Virus record (IMG/VR): IMGVR_UViG_3300031470_000033
Location: 14,222 to 78,221 of that record
Strand: one strand, 5' to 3'
DNA from: a virus
DNA length: 64,000 nucleotides
The translations under genes and the position numbers were made by a program. Shown here piece after piece: positions 46,927 to 57,150 of the stretch. The notes under the pieces were generated by a model. The model saw only the letters and a program-made list of their open reading frames with translations. It did not search any database and had not been told where the DNA came from. Position 1 is the first letter of the stretch, and every line of letters starts with the position of its first letter.

Positions 46927-48673
46927 GCCGCCCTCCGCTCGCGCGCATCCCTGCTAGCCGGTGACGTACCGCGGCTGGCGGGGTTACTCCATTCGACACG
47001 CATCCAGTCCAGGCGCGTTGTGTCCCACCGCACACGCTCTTCCTGCAACTGGGCGATGCGTGCCTGCACGCCAGCCGGCAACGTCGTTACGGCGTCGGCC
47101 GCATCGCCCCATTCCCACGTGAGGGCGCGCTGGGCGCGGCGTATCCCGATGAGGATGCCATCGCACTGGCGCAGCGCCGCCACCACGTCGATAGCCTCGG
47201 CCCAGGGCGCCATGTATGCCGCCCAGCGGGCGTCGACGCGCTCTTGCTGCCGACACGACGCCAGGACGTACGTCAGGTGCCAGATGAGGGCGGATCGGCC
47301 CTGTGAAGGGCGTCGTTTCCAGGGGCGCACGCGGTGGACGCTGCGGGGCGCTGTCGTTAATGTCGCTCTTGCTGTCGTTGTCACACCCCCGCCTCCTTCT
47401 CCTTCAGCAGCCGCACTCGCTCCGTGCGTAGCGTCGTTACCTGCTCGTAGTAGTGCTGCCAGAGCATCTGACGCCAATGGTCCGACAGCCAGTCTAGCCG
47501 CGCGTCAATGGACATGATGCGGTCGTCTAGCGTGACCGTGGCCGTGGTTGTGGCCGGCCCCATGACGCCCTCGCTGCTCCCGTCCCTGTGCGTCGTCGTC
47601 ATGCGCGCCATTGCTCCTCCCCGTCGTGCGCTATCCGTTTGCGCGCGTCCCATTGCCGGCAGAACTCGGCCTTACGGGCGATCAGCGCCCCCATCATGTC
47701 GGTGTAGCGCGGCGACGACACAGGCTCGGCCGTGTCCCCCCGGCCGCAAAGCAGCGTGTCGAGATACGCGATCTGCTCGTCAAGCGTCATAGTCTGCGGC
47801 GCACTTCCCGGCGTCGTATCGTTCATCACTACCTCTGTCCTTTCCGCGCCCACGGGCTTGACCACCAATCGCTGTACTGACCGACGACCCGCCACGCCGC
47901 GTCCTCGTCATCAGGGGTGAGCATGTGGCGCATCTCCAGGTCGGATGCGCCACATGAGGGGCACATGTAGGCGATGGCGCCCGTGCCGCCGTTCGTCGCC
48001 TCGTAGATGGCCGTGGGCGTCCAGGCGTGTCGGTGGCGTCCCGTGCGCCTCATGACGCGGCCCCTTTTGACACACACTGCATATCCTCCGGTGACGATAG
48101 CGCCTCAATGAGCGCGACTACCTGCCCAGCCGTAAAATGCTTGCGAATGAGTGACGCCGCCCTCTCGGCGTCAAGCGGGATACTCACGCGCCTCTTGACG
48201 ATCCCTGCATCATCGGCTGCCGCCCGCACACTCTTGTACTCACCCGCCTGCATGCGCTCCAAAATGTCGGGACGGTCGCGGGCAATGCGTGATGTGAGAT
48301 AGTCGGCGTTGGTACCCCCGCCTTTAGGAGTAGAGTTGATATTATCAACTCTACTCCGGCCATTTCCGACCTCCCCGTGAAAGGGCAGTGGTAGCGTGTC
48401 CTCTGCCCGCGCCATAACGCGCGCCGTCGAGGATGTCGCCGTTTCGCCAATTTCGGCAAGGAGCAGGGCGTCCATGGTGCCATAGGGCTTCTCAGGCGGT
48501 ATGCGCTCATAAATACGATGCTGGTCCGCTTCCTCCAACGCCGCTACCCATTGGTTGTCGCCTAGCGGATCACCGCACGCCTGGCACATCCCTCCTGCGA
48601 CCTGCCACAACAACCTGCGATCCCGCGGCGACCGCACCGTGCGCTGCTGTTTTATGACTGTGCCCCTCCCCAT
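46923..48673 (-). other. Small hypothetical early genes (46923-47477, 47381-47653, 47599-47895, 47829-48077, 48050-48673)
   Basis: Overlapping coupled ORFs; exact starts uncertain. Confidence 0.4.
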
Positions 48674-48697
48674 CTGCCCTTCTTCTCCTCACTGGCC

Positions 48698-50122
48698 CTA
48701 AAACGGGCATCCCGCCGTGCGCGCGCTCTCAAAACGCGTCAACGTTGGCTCCCACCACAGCGGCACCGTCCCTGTCGCGCCGTCGCGCTGCTTGACCACA
48801 ATCAACTCGGCATGGTTCTCCTTACTGGGGTCGTCGGTCACATAGGCCCCATCGCGGTACAGCAGGCCAATAATGTCCGCCGCCTGCTCAATGCCGCCCG
48901 CCTCGCGCAGGTCAGCCATGGTCGGACGCTTGTCCACGCGTTGCTCCACGCCCCTGTTTATTTGAGCCAGGGCTATCACCGGCACGGCGAGCGTGCGCGC
49001 TAGGGCCTTGAGTCCCCACGCAATCAGGTCAACCTCGCGGCTGCGGTTATCGGTCGGTCGCCCGTCGCCGCCCACGATTTGCAGGTAGTCCACGATAATG
49101 AGCGAGAGCGGTTCGCGGGCATGATAACGGCGCGCTATGCGCGCTATCTCACCGAGCGTCGCGCCTGGCTTGTCGTAGATGCGCCAGGGCTGCGCCGCCA
49201 GCCGCTGGGCCTGCGCGGTCAAGGCGCCGTGCCACGCGGACGCAGGCTCAACCGCGCGCACCGTCGCCAGAGGGATGCTCGTCTCCAGCGTCAAGAGGCG
49301 ACTAAAGACCTGCTTGCGCGACATCTCAAGGCTGAACATCAACACGCGCCGCTCAATAGGCGGGGTCAGCACATTGCGCATGATGGTCAGGGCAAGACTC
49401 GTCTTGCCGATAGCCGGGCGTGCGCCGATGACACACAAATCTACGGGACGCACGCCGCCCCCAAGCATCTCGTCAACCTCGACCAACCCTGTCGGCAGGA
49501 CGTGGTTGCGCTCCACGAGGGGCCGATCGGCGTCGGCGAGCCATTCGGCCAGCACGGCGTCACCGCTGTAGGCGTCCCACTCTTCCGTGCCGCCCTCTGA
49601 CGCCGTCGACACAACCTCAGTGGCGCGGCTACGCAGCGCGCCAAGGTCATCGCCCATGCTCGCCACGACATCAGCGCGGATACAGGTGGACGCCTCCCAC
49701 AACGCGCGTCGCCCCGCCACATCGGCCAGGCGGTCGGCATACTCAAACGCGTGCGCCACGTCGGGCGTCGCGGCCACGAGCTCGCGCAGCATCGGCGCGC
49801 CGTCGTAGCCAGGGATGGAGTGGCCGACAGCCTCCTCGGCGAGCGTGAGCCAATCAACCACCGCCCCACGCTCGCACATGGCACAGACGAGGGCGAACAG
49901 GTCGCCATAGGGCGGCACACAGAAGTCAGGCGCCGCCACCCGCGCGATAATCGCGTCGGGGTCACTGTGAACAAGCAGCGCCCCCAGGACGGCGCGTTCC
50001 AGATCTGCGCTCATGAGCGCGGACGGGATATCGCCCTCACGCCGCCCGCTCACGGCCGGTCTCCGGCCATCACGGCTGGGGGCGGCGTGAGCCCATAGGT
50101 CACGCAGCGGCATGGGCGGCAA
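48698..50122 (-). CDS. dnaB: Replicative DNA helicase DnaB
   Basis: GARPAIGKT, FSLEMS, IIVDYLQ, ALAQINR..E.R.DKRP..ADLRE.G.IEQAAD. Confidence 0.95.
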   Translation of the reverse strand: MPPMPLRDLWAHAAPSRDGRRPAVSGRREGDIPSALMSADLERAVLGALLVHSDPDAIIARVAAPDFCVPPYGDLFALVCAMCERGAVVDWLTLAEEAVGHSIPGYDGAPMLRELVAATPDVAHAFEYADRLADVAGRRALWEASTCIRADVVASMGDDLGALRSRATEVVSTASEGGTEEWDAYSGDAVLAEWLADADRPLVERNHVLPTGLVEVDEMLGGGVRPVDLCVIGARPAIGKTSLALTIMRNVLTPPIERRVLMFSLEMSRKQVFSRLLTLETSIPLATVRAVEPASAWHGALTAQAQRLAAQPWRIYDKPGATLGEIARIARRYHAREPLSLIIVDYLQIVGGDGRPTDNRSREVDLIAWGLKALARTLAVPVIALAQINRGVEQRVDKRPTMADLREAGGIEQAADIIGLLYRDGAYVTDDPSKENHAELIVVKQRDGATGTVPLWWEPTLTRFESARTAGCPF

Positions 50123-50979
50123 TCACAAGACGCGCAGATAACGGCCCGCCCACGGCGGCGATGATAGTCCGTGACCTCGCCGCCGACCGGCTGTCCGCCC
50201 TCCCAGCGCGCCATACGGTGCGTCAGACCATCCTCACGGATACTGCGGCCACGCAGCACGAAGCAGGCGTACACATCGCGGTCTATGAAGCGGTCGGCCA
50301 TGCGCGCCCCGAGCGCGTCCAGCGTTTCGTTCGTCCCCACAACTGTCGGCAGACGCCGCTCATAGCGGCCATCGAGAATCTGTAGCATCTTCTGGCCGAC
50401 ATACTCGGTGGCGTGATGCGCGCCCAGGTCATCAACGAACAGGATGGGCGCGGCGACAAAAGCCCGGACGCGCGCCGCAACACTATCGTCCTTGATGCCT
50501 TCCTTGAGGTGGTCGGCCAGCGCCGCCGCGTGGACGTAGCGCGGCTGCACGCGTGGGTCTTGGTGGTCGCACAGCGCCAGCGCCGCGCCAAGCATCAGGC
50601 GGCTCTTGCCCGTGCCGAAGTCGCCCAGCAACAGGAGGCACGGCGCGAGAGTGGCTGCAAACGTCACCGACGCCGCGTAGGCTGCGACCTGCCCTCCATT
50701 CGGGCTCAGGGCAGCCAGAGAGCGAGCCACGGGGACGTACCAGCCATCCGCGTCGGGGTCGCCGGGAACGGAATCGAGCGAAGACAGCACGAGTTCGTGC
50801 CGGCGCGCGCGGCCGGCGCCACACGCGCAGGGATACCAACGCCCATCACGGGCCAGCACGCGCCCACGGCCCGCGCAGAGCGGACAGACAGCGGGAGTGT
50901 CAAGAGTGTCAGGACGCATGGGGGAACTCGGTGATGTGCTCATCGTTGTACACGTTCGGATTGGCGACGCGCGCCCCAT
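50050..50979 (-). CDS. DnaC/IstB-like helicase loader ATPase
   Basis: CPLC..C.C zinc motif, GDFGTGKS Walker A, LFVDDLGA Walker B, ILDGRY...GTN. Confidence 0.85.
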   Translation of the reverse strand: MGRASPIRTCTTMSTSPSSPMRPDTLDTPAVCPLCAGRGRVLARDGRWYPCACGAGRARRHELVLSSLDSVPGDPDADGWYVPVARSLAALSPNGGQVAAYAASVTFAATLAPCLLLLGDFGTGKSRLMLGAALALCDHQDPRVQPRYVHAAALADHLKEGIKDDSVAARVRAFVAAPILFVDDLGAHHATEYVGQKMLQILDGRYERRLPTVVGTNETLDALGARMADRFIDRDVYACFVLRGRSIREDGLTHRMARWEGGQPVGGEVTDYHRRRGRAVICASCDCRPCRCVTYGLTPPPAVMAGDRP

Positions 50980-52207
50980 TGCCCATCTCGACCAGGCCAG
51001 TCCGCCCGCACATGACTGTATCGTGCGGGTGCCCCATCGCCATGCGGCAACTGGTCCGGCCAGGCAGTCCTACCGCGCAGTAGTCCTCGATGGTGAAGGT
51101 TTCCGCACGCCAGCCATCCGTGCGACCCATGCCGCTATGGGTGTTGCGTGCGCTCGCCCCCCCTGATGACGCGGAGGGACGCGAGGCGAGGCATCCGTCG
51201 CGGAACGCCTTGAGCTTGCCGGGACACGCCGACAGCTTGAACGGGGCGCGGTTGGGATACGTCCCGTTGCTCCACCGCTCGTCGTAGACCGCCTGCATCA
51301 GGGCAAGGGCTTCATCGAGCGAGGCGCAGGCCCGCGCTATGCGCTCGGCGTCAGCATTGGCGTACTTCTGGCGCGACGCAGGCAGAGTGTCCCATGGCTC
51401 AGCCGTGTAGCGCTCGAAGTAGCGCGCCTTGATAGCCTCGCGCCGCGCATACACCTTGGGGTCAGCCTGTTGGAGCGATGGCTTGGATGGCGTGCGCGGC
51501 GCCTTCGGGCTGTTGCCAGTATCAGGCTTGACGGCGGAAGCACCCCCCGCCTCATGCTTACCCTCGGCATCGTGAAGAACGTCAGCAAAATTAGGCAGGG
51601 GGAGCGGCGTCGGCACGTGAGCGCCGTCCCACTGTGTAGGTGGGTGTTGTGAACGTGGGTGTTGTGTGGGTGTTGTGAACGTGGGTGTTGTTAGTTCACT
51701 GAGCGAACTAGGGGGGGTTCGCTCAGTGAACTGGCTACTAGTTCGCTCAGTGAACGCCGGGGGTTCGCTCAGTGAACTAGTAACGTCGGCGTTAGGGGTT
51801 CGCTCAGTGAACGCCTCCTGCTCATTGTTCACGAGATACAAGCGTTCGTTGTCTTGATCGCGCGCGAGTGGCTTGAACTCATACACTGTCGCGACCGTCT
51901 TGACGCCCTTGACCTTGGGGGAGATAGTACGACCGACGAGGCCGCGCTTCTCCAACTCGGTCAGTGCTGCTGATAACGTCGCGTGTGATTTAATGCCACA
52001 TCCGTGATTGACATAGGAACCATCCGAACGCTTCATGCCGTCGGCAAACTGCGTGAAGCTGATGCTATCTGTGGTCTTGCGGAACCCGTATGTATGTCGC
52101 ACGATGTAACACAGCACCTTCCACTCGGCGTGTGATACGTGGGCCATCCAGTAGTCGAGCAGTTCATCGGGGAATTGCGTCGTGTTCGGGTAAAAGGCGT
52201 TCATCAT
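50909..52207 (-). CDS. Phage replication initiator (replisome organizer, N-terminal winged HTH)
   Basis: TQFPDELLD..LS.AEWKVLCYIVRHTYGFRK..DSISFTQF motif; internal iterons; upstream of DnaC/DnaB. Confidence 0.85.
   Translation of the reverse strand: MMNAFYPNTTQFPDELLDYWMAHVSHAEWKVLCYIVRHTYGFRKTTDSISFTQFADGMKRSDGSYVNHGCGIKSHATLSAALTELEKRGLVGRTISPKVKGVKTVATVYEFKPLARDQDNERLYLVNNEQEAFTERTPNADVTSSLSEPPAFTERTSSQFTERTPPSSLSELTTPTFTTPTQHPRSQHPPTQWDGAHVPTPLPLPNFADVLHDAEGKHEAGGASAVKPDTGNSPKAPRTPSKPSLQQADPKVYARREAIKARYFERYTAEPWDTLPASRQKYANADAERIARACASLDEALALMQAVYDERWSNGTYPNRAPFKLSACPGKLKAFRDGCLASRPSASSGGASARNTHSGMGRTDGWRAETFTIEDYCAVGLPGRTSCRMAMGHPHDTVMCGRTGLVEMGNGARVANPNVYNDEHITEFPHAS
51694..51812. repeat. 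Iteron cluster (probable replication origin)
   Basis: GTTCGCTCAGTGAAC at 51717, 51741, 51763, 51798 plus an inverted copy at 51694; adjacent GGGTGTTGTG repeats. Confidence 0.8.
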
Positions 52208-52221
52208 GATCCACTTTTCTG

Positions 52222-52668
52222 TTAATGACGCCGCGCGTTATAGGCGCGGATGGTATCAATAGCGTTGTTGATGCGTGTCGCCGAGGCGGTATCCCCGCCC
52301 ATGTCGGGATGGCACACCTTCATGGCGGCCTTGTAGATGGCTTCAACGGCCCACACGGGGGCGTCAGAAACGAGATAGAGAGCCTGGTAGGCGTTGGCGA
52401 TATACGACAGGTCATCAGGCGCGGGCGCTTCGTCCTGCCACGTCACCGCGTCAGATTCAAACGTGGCATCCACCCAGTGACGGACCTGCGCGGCCCATCC
52501 TTTGGCCAGCATCCATTCCTTTGTGTAACCGTCATAATGCGCCGTGGTGAACTGCGCACGGAACGCTTGTAGGATGGCGATGAAATGATCGGCGCTGCGC
52601 CACGTGACGGCGATGTCTGCGCCGCACCACACCGTTATGGTGGCCTCGCGTTTGGTGTAGCGAGTCAC
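52222..52668 (-). CDS. J-domain (DnaJ-like) protein
   Basis: C-terminal AIYKAAMKVCHPDMGG..A.RINNA with HPD motif. Confidence 0.7.
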   Translation of the reverse strand: MTRYTKREATITVWCGADIAVTWRSADHFIAILQAFRAQFTTAHYDGYTKEWMLAKGWAAQVRHWVDATFESDAVTWQDEAPAPDDLSYIANAYQALYLVSDAPVWAVEAIYKAAMKVCHPDMGGDTASATRINNAIDTIRAYNARRH

Positions 52669-53615
52669 GGTTTTACTCCCGTCTTGAGTGCGTGCGCCGC
52701 CGCCGTGTAATCACCGTCATGCTCAAGCAGCGTGTAGGCGGCAAACTTGCTGTAACTCTTTTCCGACTCGAAAGGGTGAGCATTGGTGCTGAACACATAG
52801 AGCACATCGGCGGCGCCGTAGCCCGTCGTGGCGCTCAGGCCCTCGTCCTTACCGGGGCGACGCCAGAACAACTCCTCGCCGCGCGAGCGCTCCACGCGCC
52901 AGCCATGCGGCTGCAGGATGCGCCGCCAATCGTTCTCGGCGTTGAAACGGTCGCCCGGCCGGTCGCCATCAGGTTCTTGCGCGCGCATCGTGCGTGTGTC
53001 GCGCACGGAGGGCTCCCACGTCCCGAGCGCGCGGGCGGCGTCAATCAGGCATAACCGCTCTCCGATATTCAGCACGGGCAACGCGCCGAATGACCCGTGC
53101 GTTAACTGATAAGGGCGTCCCGTCGGGTGGCAGGCGAGAGCCGAACCTGGCAGAAGCGCATACCCGCCCTGTCCGCGTGTCTCAATGAGTGTGTACGGAC
53201 GCTCACGGCCGTTGTCGTCTGTGCGGGACTCCTGGGCCAATTTCTTATTGCCCATCGGCACGTCACGGTGGCGATACCAGTAATGCGCGCCCCCTGTCGG
53301 CGTTTCAACATGCACCAACCTATCCAGAAGTCCCGACCGTAGCCGCTCGACTCCCGTGCGCCACGCCTGTACGAGGTCCGGCGCGTCAATGTCCACGGCC
53401 TCAAGGTTGCCGCTGACGCGTCCGCAGATAGCAGCCATGCCAATGGGGTCGGTTGGCTCGTCAAACCATGCCACCAGTTCGTCAGGCGTTGGCAGGCGCT
53501 CCTGAAGATACGCCCACTCGGGCAACGCCGGCCGCTTGGTCCCGTCGGCGCGTATGGGTAAGAGACCTATGCCCGCGTCAACAAACTTATGCGCTCTCTG
53601 CACGCGCGGACTCAT
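52665..53615 (-). CDS. Bifunctional DNA primase/polymerase (prim-pol) domain protein
   Basis: LPIRADGTKRP..W..., CG.VSG.L..DID, ETPTGGAHYWY, IETRGQGGY. Confidence 0.85.
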   Translation of the reverse strand: MSPRVQRAHKFVDAGIGLLPIRADGTKRPALPEWAYLQERLPTPDELVAWFDEPTDPIGMAAICGRVSGNLEAVDIDAPDLVQAWRTGVERLRSGLLDRLVHVETPTGGAHYWYRHRDVPMGNKKLAQESRTDDNGRERPYTLIETRGQGGYALLPGSALACHPTGRPYQLTHGSFGALPVLNIGERLCLIDAARALGTWEPSVRDTRTMRAQEPDGDRPGDRFNAENDWRRILQPHGWRVERSRGEELFWRRPGKDEGLSATTGYGAADVLYVFSTNAHPFESEKSYSKFAAYTLLEHDGDYTAAAHALKTGVKP

Positions 53616-53858
53616 CGCGCACCGCCCGCACCGCCCGCACCGCCGACAGCGCCGGTGACTTCAACCCATACCCGTTTTAAGCAGGCGATTTGTTCAGGGC
53701 GCAACTCGCCCGTTCCCTTGCATTCCTGAATAGCCGCCACGGCGTTATCGAAGCGACGCGGGACGCGCAGCCCCTCTTCGAGTAACGCCGCCCATCCATC
53801 CTGTATCTCGCGTGTCACCGGCAGCGCTGGTTCTGCCGTCGCTTTCTGTGTTAATGTC
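53612..53858 (-). CDS. Small hypothetical protein
   Basis: GAGG RBS before MTLTQKA; start approximate. Confidence 0.4.
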
Positions 53859-53946
53859 ATAGCGCCCTCTTCGTGTAAGCGGGTGGGTAGGTGGGGTCGT
53901 GGCTTCCTGGCAGTTGGCACGGCCCCGCGTTTGGTTGCTGCTACGT

Positions 53947-54639
53947 TTACCGCTTGGCGCGATGACGTAGCCACGTCAGGGCCTTGTCAAGCTCCTCCGG
54001 CGACATCTCGTCGGCCGTCTTTTTGAGCAGGGCCGCGCCGTCGGTGTCTTTCGCTAGCAGGCCCGTTACCTCGCTCTTGAGTTGCGCCGGGCCGAAGGCG
54101 GGCGCGGTACTGGAGGCACCGGGGGACATCGTTGCTGCCCGGTGCGGGGGGGGCTGTTGCGATGTTTGCTGCTGTCCTGCACGTTTATGCAGGTCGCTCG
54201 TCTTGTCGTAGAGGACGTTGCCAAACTGGTCGCCCAGGCACCGCAGGGCGCGTTTCATGGCGTCCGTCACCGCCCCTTTCATGGCCGTTTCGTGGCCTTC
54301 CGCGCGATCCCCCTGCACGATGCCGCATCCCACGTCCTCATGCCGGCAGAGCGTCACGCCACTGGGGTTATGCACCTCCACCAACACGAGTGCCATGTAG
54401 CTCTTGATGTCGGGGTTGTAGTCGAGTCGCGAAATGGTGTGCGACCACCCGTCGTAGCCGAGGATGTCGTTCGCCTGGTTGATCGCCTCAAAGCCTTCTA
54501 AGTACGAGAGGGATCGCCCCGCCTGTTGGCGCTGCGACACGAGGTCAGGCGCCAACGGCGTGCGGAGTTTGGCGAGCTGATCATCGTCAAATGGCATCCT
54601 GTCCCCCTCCTTTACTTGATCCGTATGGCGATCTATCAA
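53947..54639 (-). CDS. Rad52/Rad22-family single-strand annealing recombinase
   Basis: LSYLEG..AI..AN.ILGYDGWS, HEDVG.G, KGAVTDAMKRALR.LG..FGN.LY; probable start 54594. Confidence 0.9.
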   Translation of the reverse strand: MIDRHTDQVKEGDRMPFDDDQLAKLRTPLAPDLVSQRQQAGRSLSYLEGFEAINQANDILGYDGWSHTISRLDYNPDIKSYMALVLVEVHNPSGVTLCRHEDVGCGIVQGDRAEGHETAMKGAVTDAMKRALRCLGDQFGNVLYDKTSDLHKRAGQQQTSQQPPPHRAATMSPGASSTAPAFGPAQLKSEVTGLLAKDTDGAALLKKTADEMSPEELDKALTWLRHRAKR

Positions 54640-54823
54640 TTTTCACGTTCACGCTCTGACTCCTCTTTTCGGTGTTCCTGCATCGCCCTAACCCATACCA
54701 TAATCGTATCACGTCGTATCACCTAGCGTCAACTCGCCTTAGTTGTTATCATAATGTTGTGGGTCGTGCCGTTTTGGGTCATGTTGCGCCACACGCGCCA
54801 TGCGGGTGCGGTAAGATTGGCTC

Positions 54824-55039
54824 ATGGCAGGGGAGGAAAATGTGTTAGGGCTAGATGACACGCTGACGTTGCTCAACGTGAGCAAGCCGACGCTGTATCG
54901 GCTTATTGATCGTGGCGTCATTACACCGTTGCCGCGACCAGAGCATCTAAAAAAGCGCGCCCAGGTACGCTTCATGCGCGACGATGTTGAGGTGGCGCGG
55001 CGTAAGATCTTGGGACTGCCCGCGCAACAGGGTGAGTAG
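54824..55039 (+). CDS. MerR/excisionase-like HTH protein
   Basis: LDDTLTLLNVSKPTLYRLIDRG...RF.RDDV. Confidence 0.7.
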   Translation: MAGEENVLGLDDTLTLLNVSKPTLYRLIDRGVITPLPRPEHLKKRAQVRFMRDDVEVARRKILGLPAQQGE

Positions 55040-55111
55040 CCACGCATAGACGCGGGCAGGTGTGACCGCTCGGGTGGGCGATGAGGCATGGGGCTGGTCC
55101 TTTCTGTCACG

Positions 55112-55501
55112 CTATACGAGGGACGGGAGTGTGATGTGGACGGTCACAACCGCCTCTAGCGCGGCTTGTCTATCTGGCTCTATGTGTGGCTCGTATTCCC
55201 ACACGCGCATCCCGAGCGCCTTGGCGATCACGACCTCAAGCCGAGCGCCCTTGGAGTGCTCCCACCCTGGCAGGACGACAACGGCATCCGTGCCGAGTAG
55301 GGCGCGTATGTCAGCGCGCATGTAGCACTCCCACGTCTGAGGGTTGGTCACGGCGTCGTGGTGCAGTTCAGCGGGATTAACGACGGTATGGCCGCGCGAG
55401 CGCAGGTCGGCTGCGGCGGCGTGGAACGCTGGATAGTTATGGGTCGGGTTGCCGTGTTCGTCGGTGATGCCTGTCATGGGGCCGGCGATGTATAAACTCA
55501 T
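55112..55501 (-). CDS. DUF4406-like protein (nucleoside deoxyribosyltransferase-like fold)
   Basis: LYIAGPMTG..NYPAF..NPA..W..YM..DI..L...D....LPGWE.SKGA..E. Confidence 0.8.
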   Translation of the reverse strand: MSLYIAGPMTGITDEHGNPTHNYPAFHAAAADLRSRGHTVVNPAELHHDAVTNPQTWECYMRADIRALLGTDAVVVLPGWEHSKGARLEVVIAKALGMRVWEYEPHIEPDRQAALEAVVTVHITLPSLV

Positions 55502-55503
55502 GG

Positions 55504-55812
55504 CTACACCGTCCCTGCGAATAACTGAGGCAGTGGGTGGCGGCAGGGTGACACGATGCGCAGAGCATCGACGTAGCCAACGCCGGGACGCTCCCCGACC
55601 GTTGGTGTGTACACAAGTTCACCATCGTCGGTGCCGGCCAGCATCCAGTAATCGCACGTAGCGCATGCACACTGCGGCAGGTCGTAGGGCGGGGTGCCGT
55701 GGATGGCCCACGCGCTCATCGCGTGGCCCGCTAGCGTCGCCTCATGGCGCACGAGAGCGGCCGGCGCGTCAGCAGGCCAACCGGGATACTGGTGCTCAAT
55801 ATCAGTTGCCAT
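55504..55812 (-). CDS. Small hypothetical protein
   Basis: GAGG RBS; CACATC motif. Confidence 0.45.
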   Translation of the reverse strand: MATDIEHQYPGWPADAPAALVRHEATLAGHAMSAWAIHGTPPYDLPQCACATCDYWMLAGTDDGELVYTPTVGERPGVGYVDALRIVSPCRHPLPQLFAGTV

Positions 55813-55993
55813 ACGGCCCCCTCTCTTGCTCTCGGACGATACACAGGCCGTGACGGTTCTGGTAGCGCTGTCTACCCAGACCGCAGAGCGCCCAAACGCT
55901 GCCTGCGATGACCGATAGGCCAGTCCAGGCGGCAGCGATGATTAATAGGGGAATCACGCCTCTACTCTCTTCTCTTTAATTGACGATGGGTCG

Positions 55994-56356
55994 TTAGACG
56001 AGGATGCGCTGTCTCGGGTTCGTGCGAATGCGAATGCGGGTTGCGGGTGGTTTGGGCAGGTCATTGTTTAGCGGGCCGGGGCGGTAGCATGCCGTGGTAC
56101 GGCATACATCGCACGGGTGTTGTGCCGCATACCCGTCGAAGGTCGCCCCGCCCTCTGGAGCGCGGATGATGAGGAACTCGCACCCGCACCGCAGACACAG
56201 GGCGAGGGCGTTGTAACTCTCCGTGTTGGGTGGTGGTGATTGCCAGTTGCCCAGGATGTGCCCGTGCTTGCCCGCGTAGGCGCGGGCTGACCTGTTCGCA
56301 CCGCCGCTTGGTGGCGTAAAGGGCAGGTCGGTCTTATGCCGGGATGTGGTTGTCAT
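55994..56356 (-). CDS. Small hypothetical protein
   Basis: ATGA overlap with methyltransferase stop; two CxxC pairs. Confidence 0.45.
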   Translation of the reverse strand: MTTTSRHKTDLPFTPPSGGANRSARAYAGKHGHILGNWQSPPPNTESYNALALCLRCGCEFLIIRAPEGGATFDGYAAQHPCDVCRTTACYRPGPLNNDLPKPPATRIRIRTNPRQRILV

Positions 56357-57150
56357 GTTGAGAACATCCTTAGCTGCGCCTGTTCATCGGTCAGTCTCTT
56401 GCGGCCCACTTCGACATATCCAGCATCGCGTTCAATGCAGATGAAATCGCGGCCCTCACGGTGTGCGGCGATGGCCGTGGTTGCCACACCACAGGCGTTG
56501 TCGAGTACAAGATCGCCGGGATTGGTGTAGGTGCGGATCAAGTAGCGAAAGAGGTCCACGGGCTTCTGCGTCGGGTGAAGATGTCCTATCTGCGGGTCAC
56601 GTGCAAAAAAAATAGATGTGACCGGACAGCGGCCACCAGCAACCTCGCGTGGCTCACTCGTCTGCGTTCCGTAATTCGCGGAAAACGAGCGCGTCGGCGT
56701 ACGCCTATAAGATTTACCTTCGCGCCGTTGGGGGTTGTAAACGGGCAACTTATCATGGAAGACGAGCACATTCTCATGGATTTTCATGGGTGCATGTGCA
56801 GCATTGAGATGCCCGCTCGGCTGATTCTTCAACCATACCCACTCATAACGCAACCACGCGAGATTAGAGCAGCCTAGCACTTTGTCAAATGGCGTCTGCG
56901 CCGTCAGGACAATCGCACCATCGCGCTTGACGACACGCTTGTACTGCGCCCATAGCGCATTGAGTGGGATGATGCTATCCCACGGGTTCGCGGTCGTACC
57001 GTAGGGCAAATCACACAGCACCATATCTACGCTGCCGTCAGGAATAGACGGCAGCACGTCCAGACAATCGCCGTGGATAATCGTGTTCCGTAGCCCATCA
57101 AGGTCAGAGGGCGCGGAATTGAGTGTTGAGTCTGAGGGTCGTTTTGTCAT
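56353..57150 (-). CDS. Orphan N6-adenine/N4-cytosine DNA methyltransferase (beta class)
   Basis: DMVLCDLPYG catalytic motif, HPTQKP, VLDNACGVATT SAM-binding motif. Confidence 0.9.
   Translation of the reverse strand: MTKRPSDSTLNSAPSDLDGLRNTIIHGDCLDVLPSIPDGSVDMVLCDLPYGTTANPWDSIIPLNALWAQYKRVVKRDGAIVLTAQTPFDKVLGCSNLAWLRYEWVWLKNQPSGHLNAAHAPMKIHENVLVFHDKLPVYNPQRREGKSYRRTPTRSFSANYGTQTSEPREVAGGRCPVTSIFFARDPQIGHLHPTQKPVDLFRYLIRTYTNPGDLVLDNACGVATTAIAAHREGRDFICIERDAGYVEVGRKRLTDEQAQLRMFST

Noticed and set aside
51694-51812. Repeat cluster as a CRISPR array
   Set aside because: Repeats are 15 bp with 7-20 nt irregular gaps, one is inverted, they lie inside a coding gene, and no cas genes are present; iterons fit better
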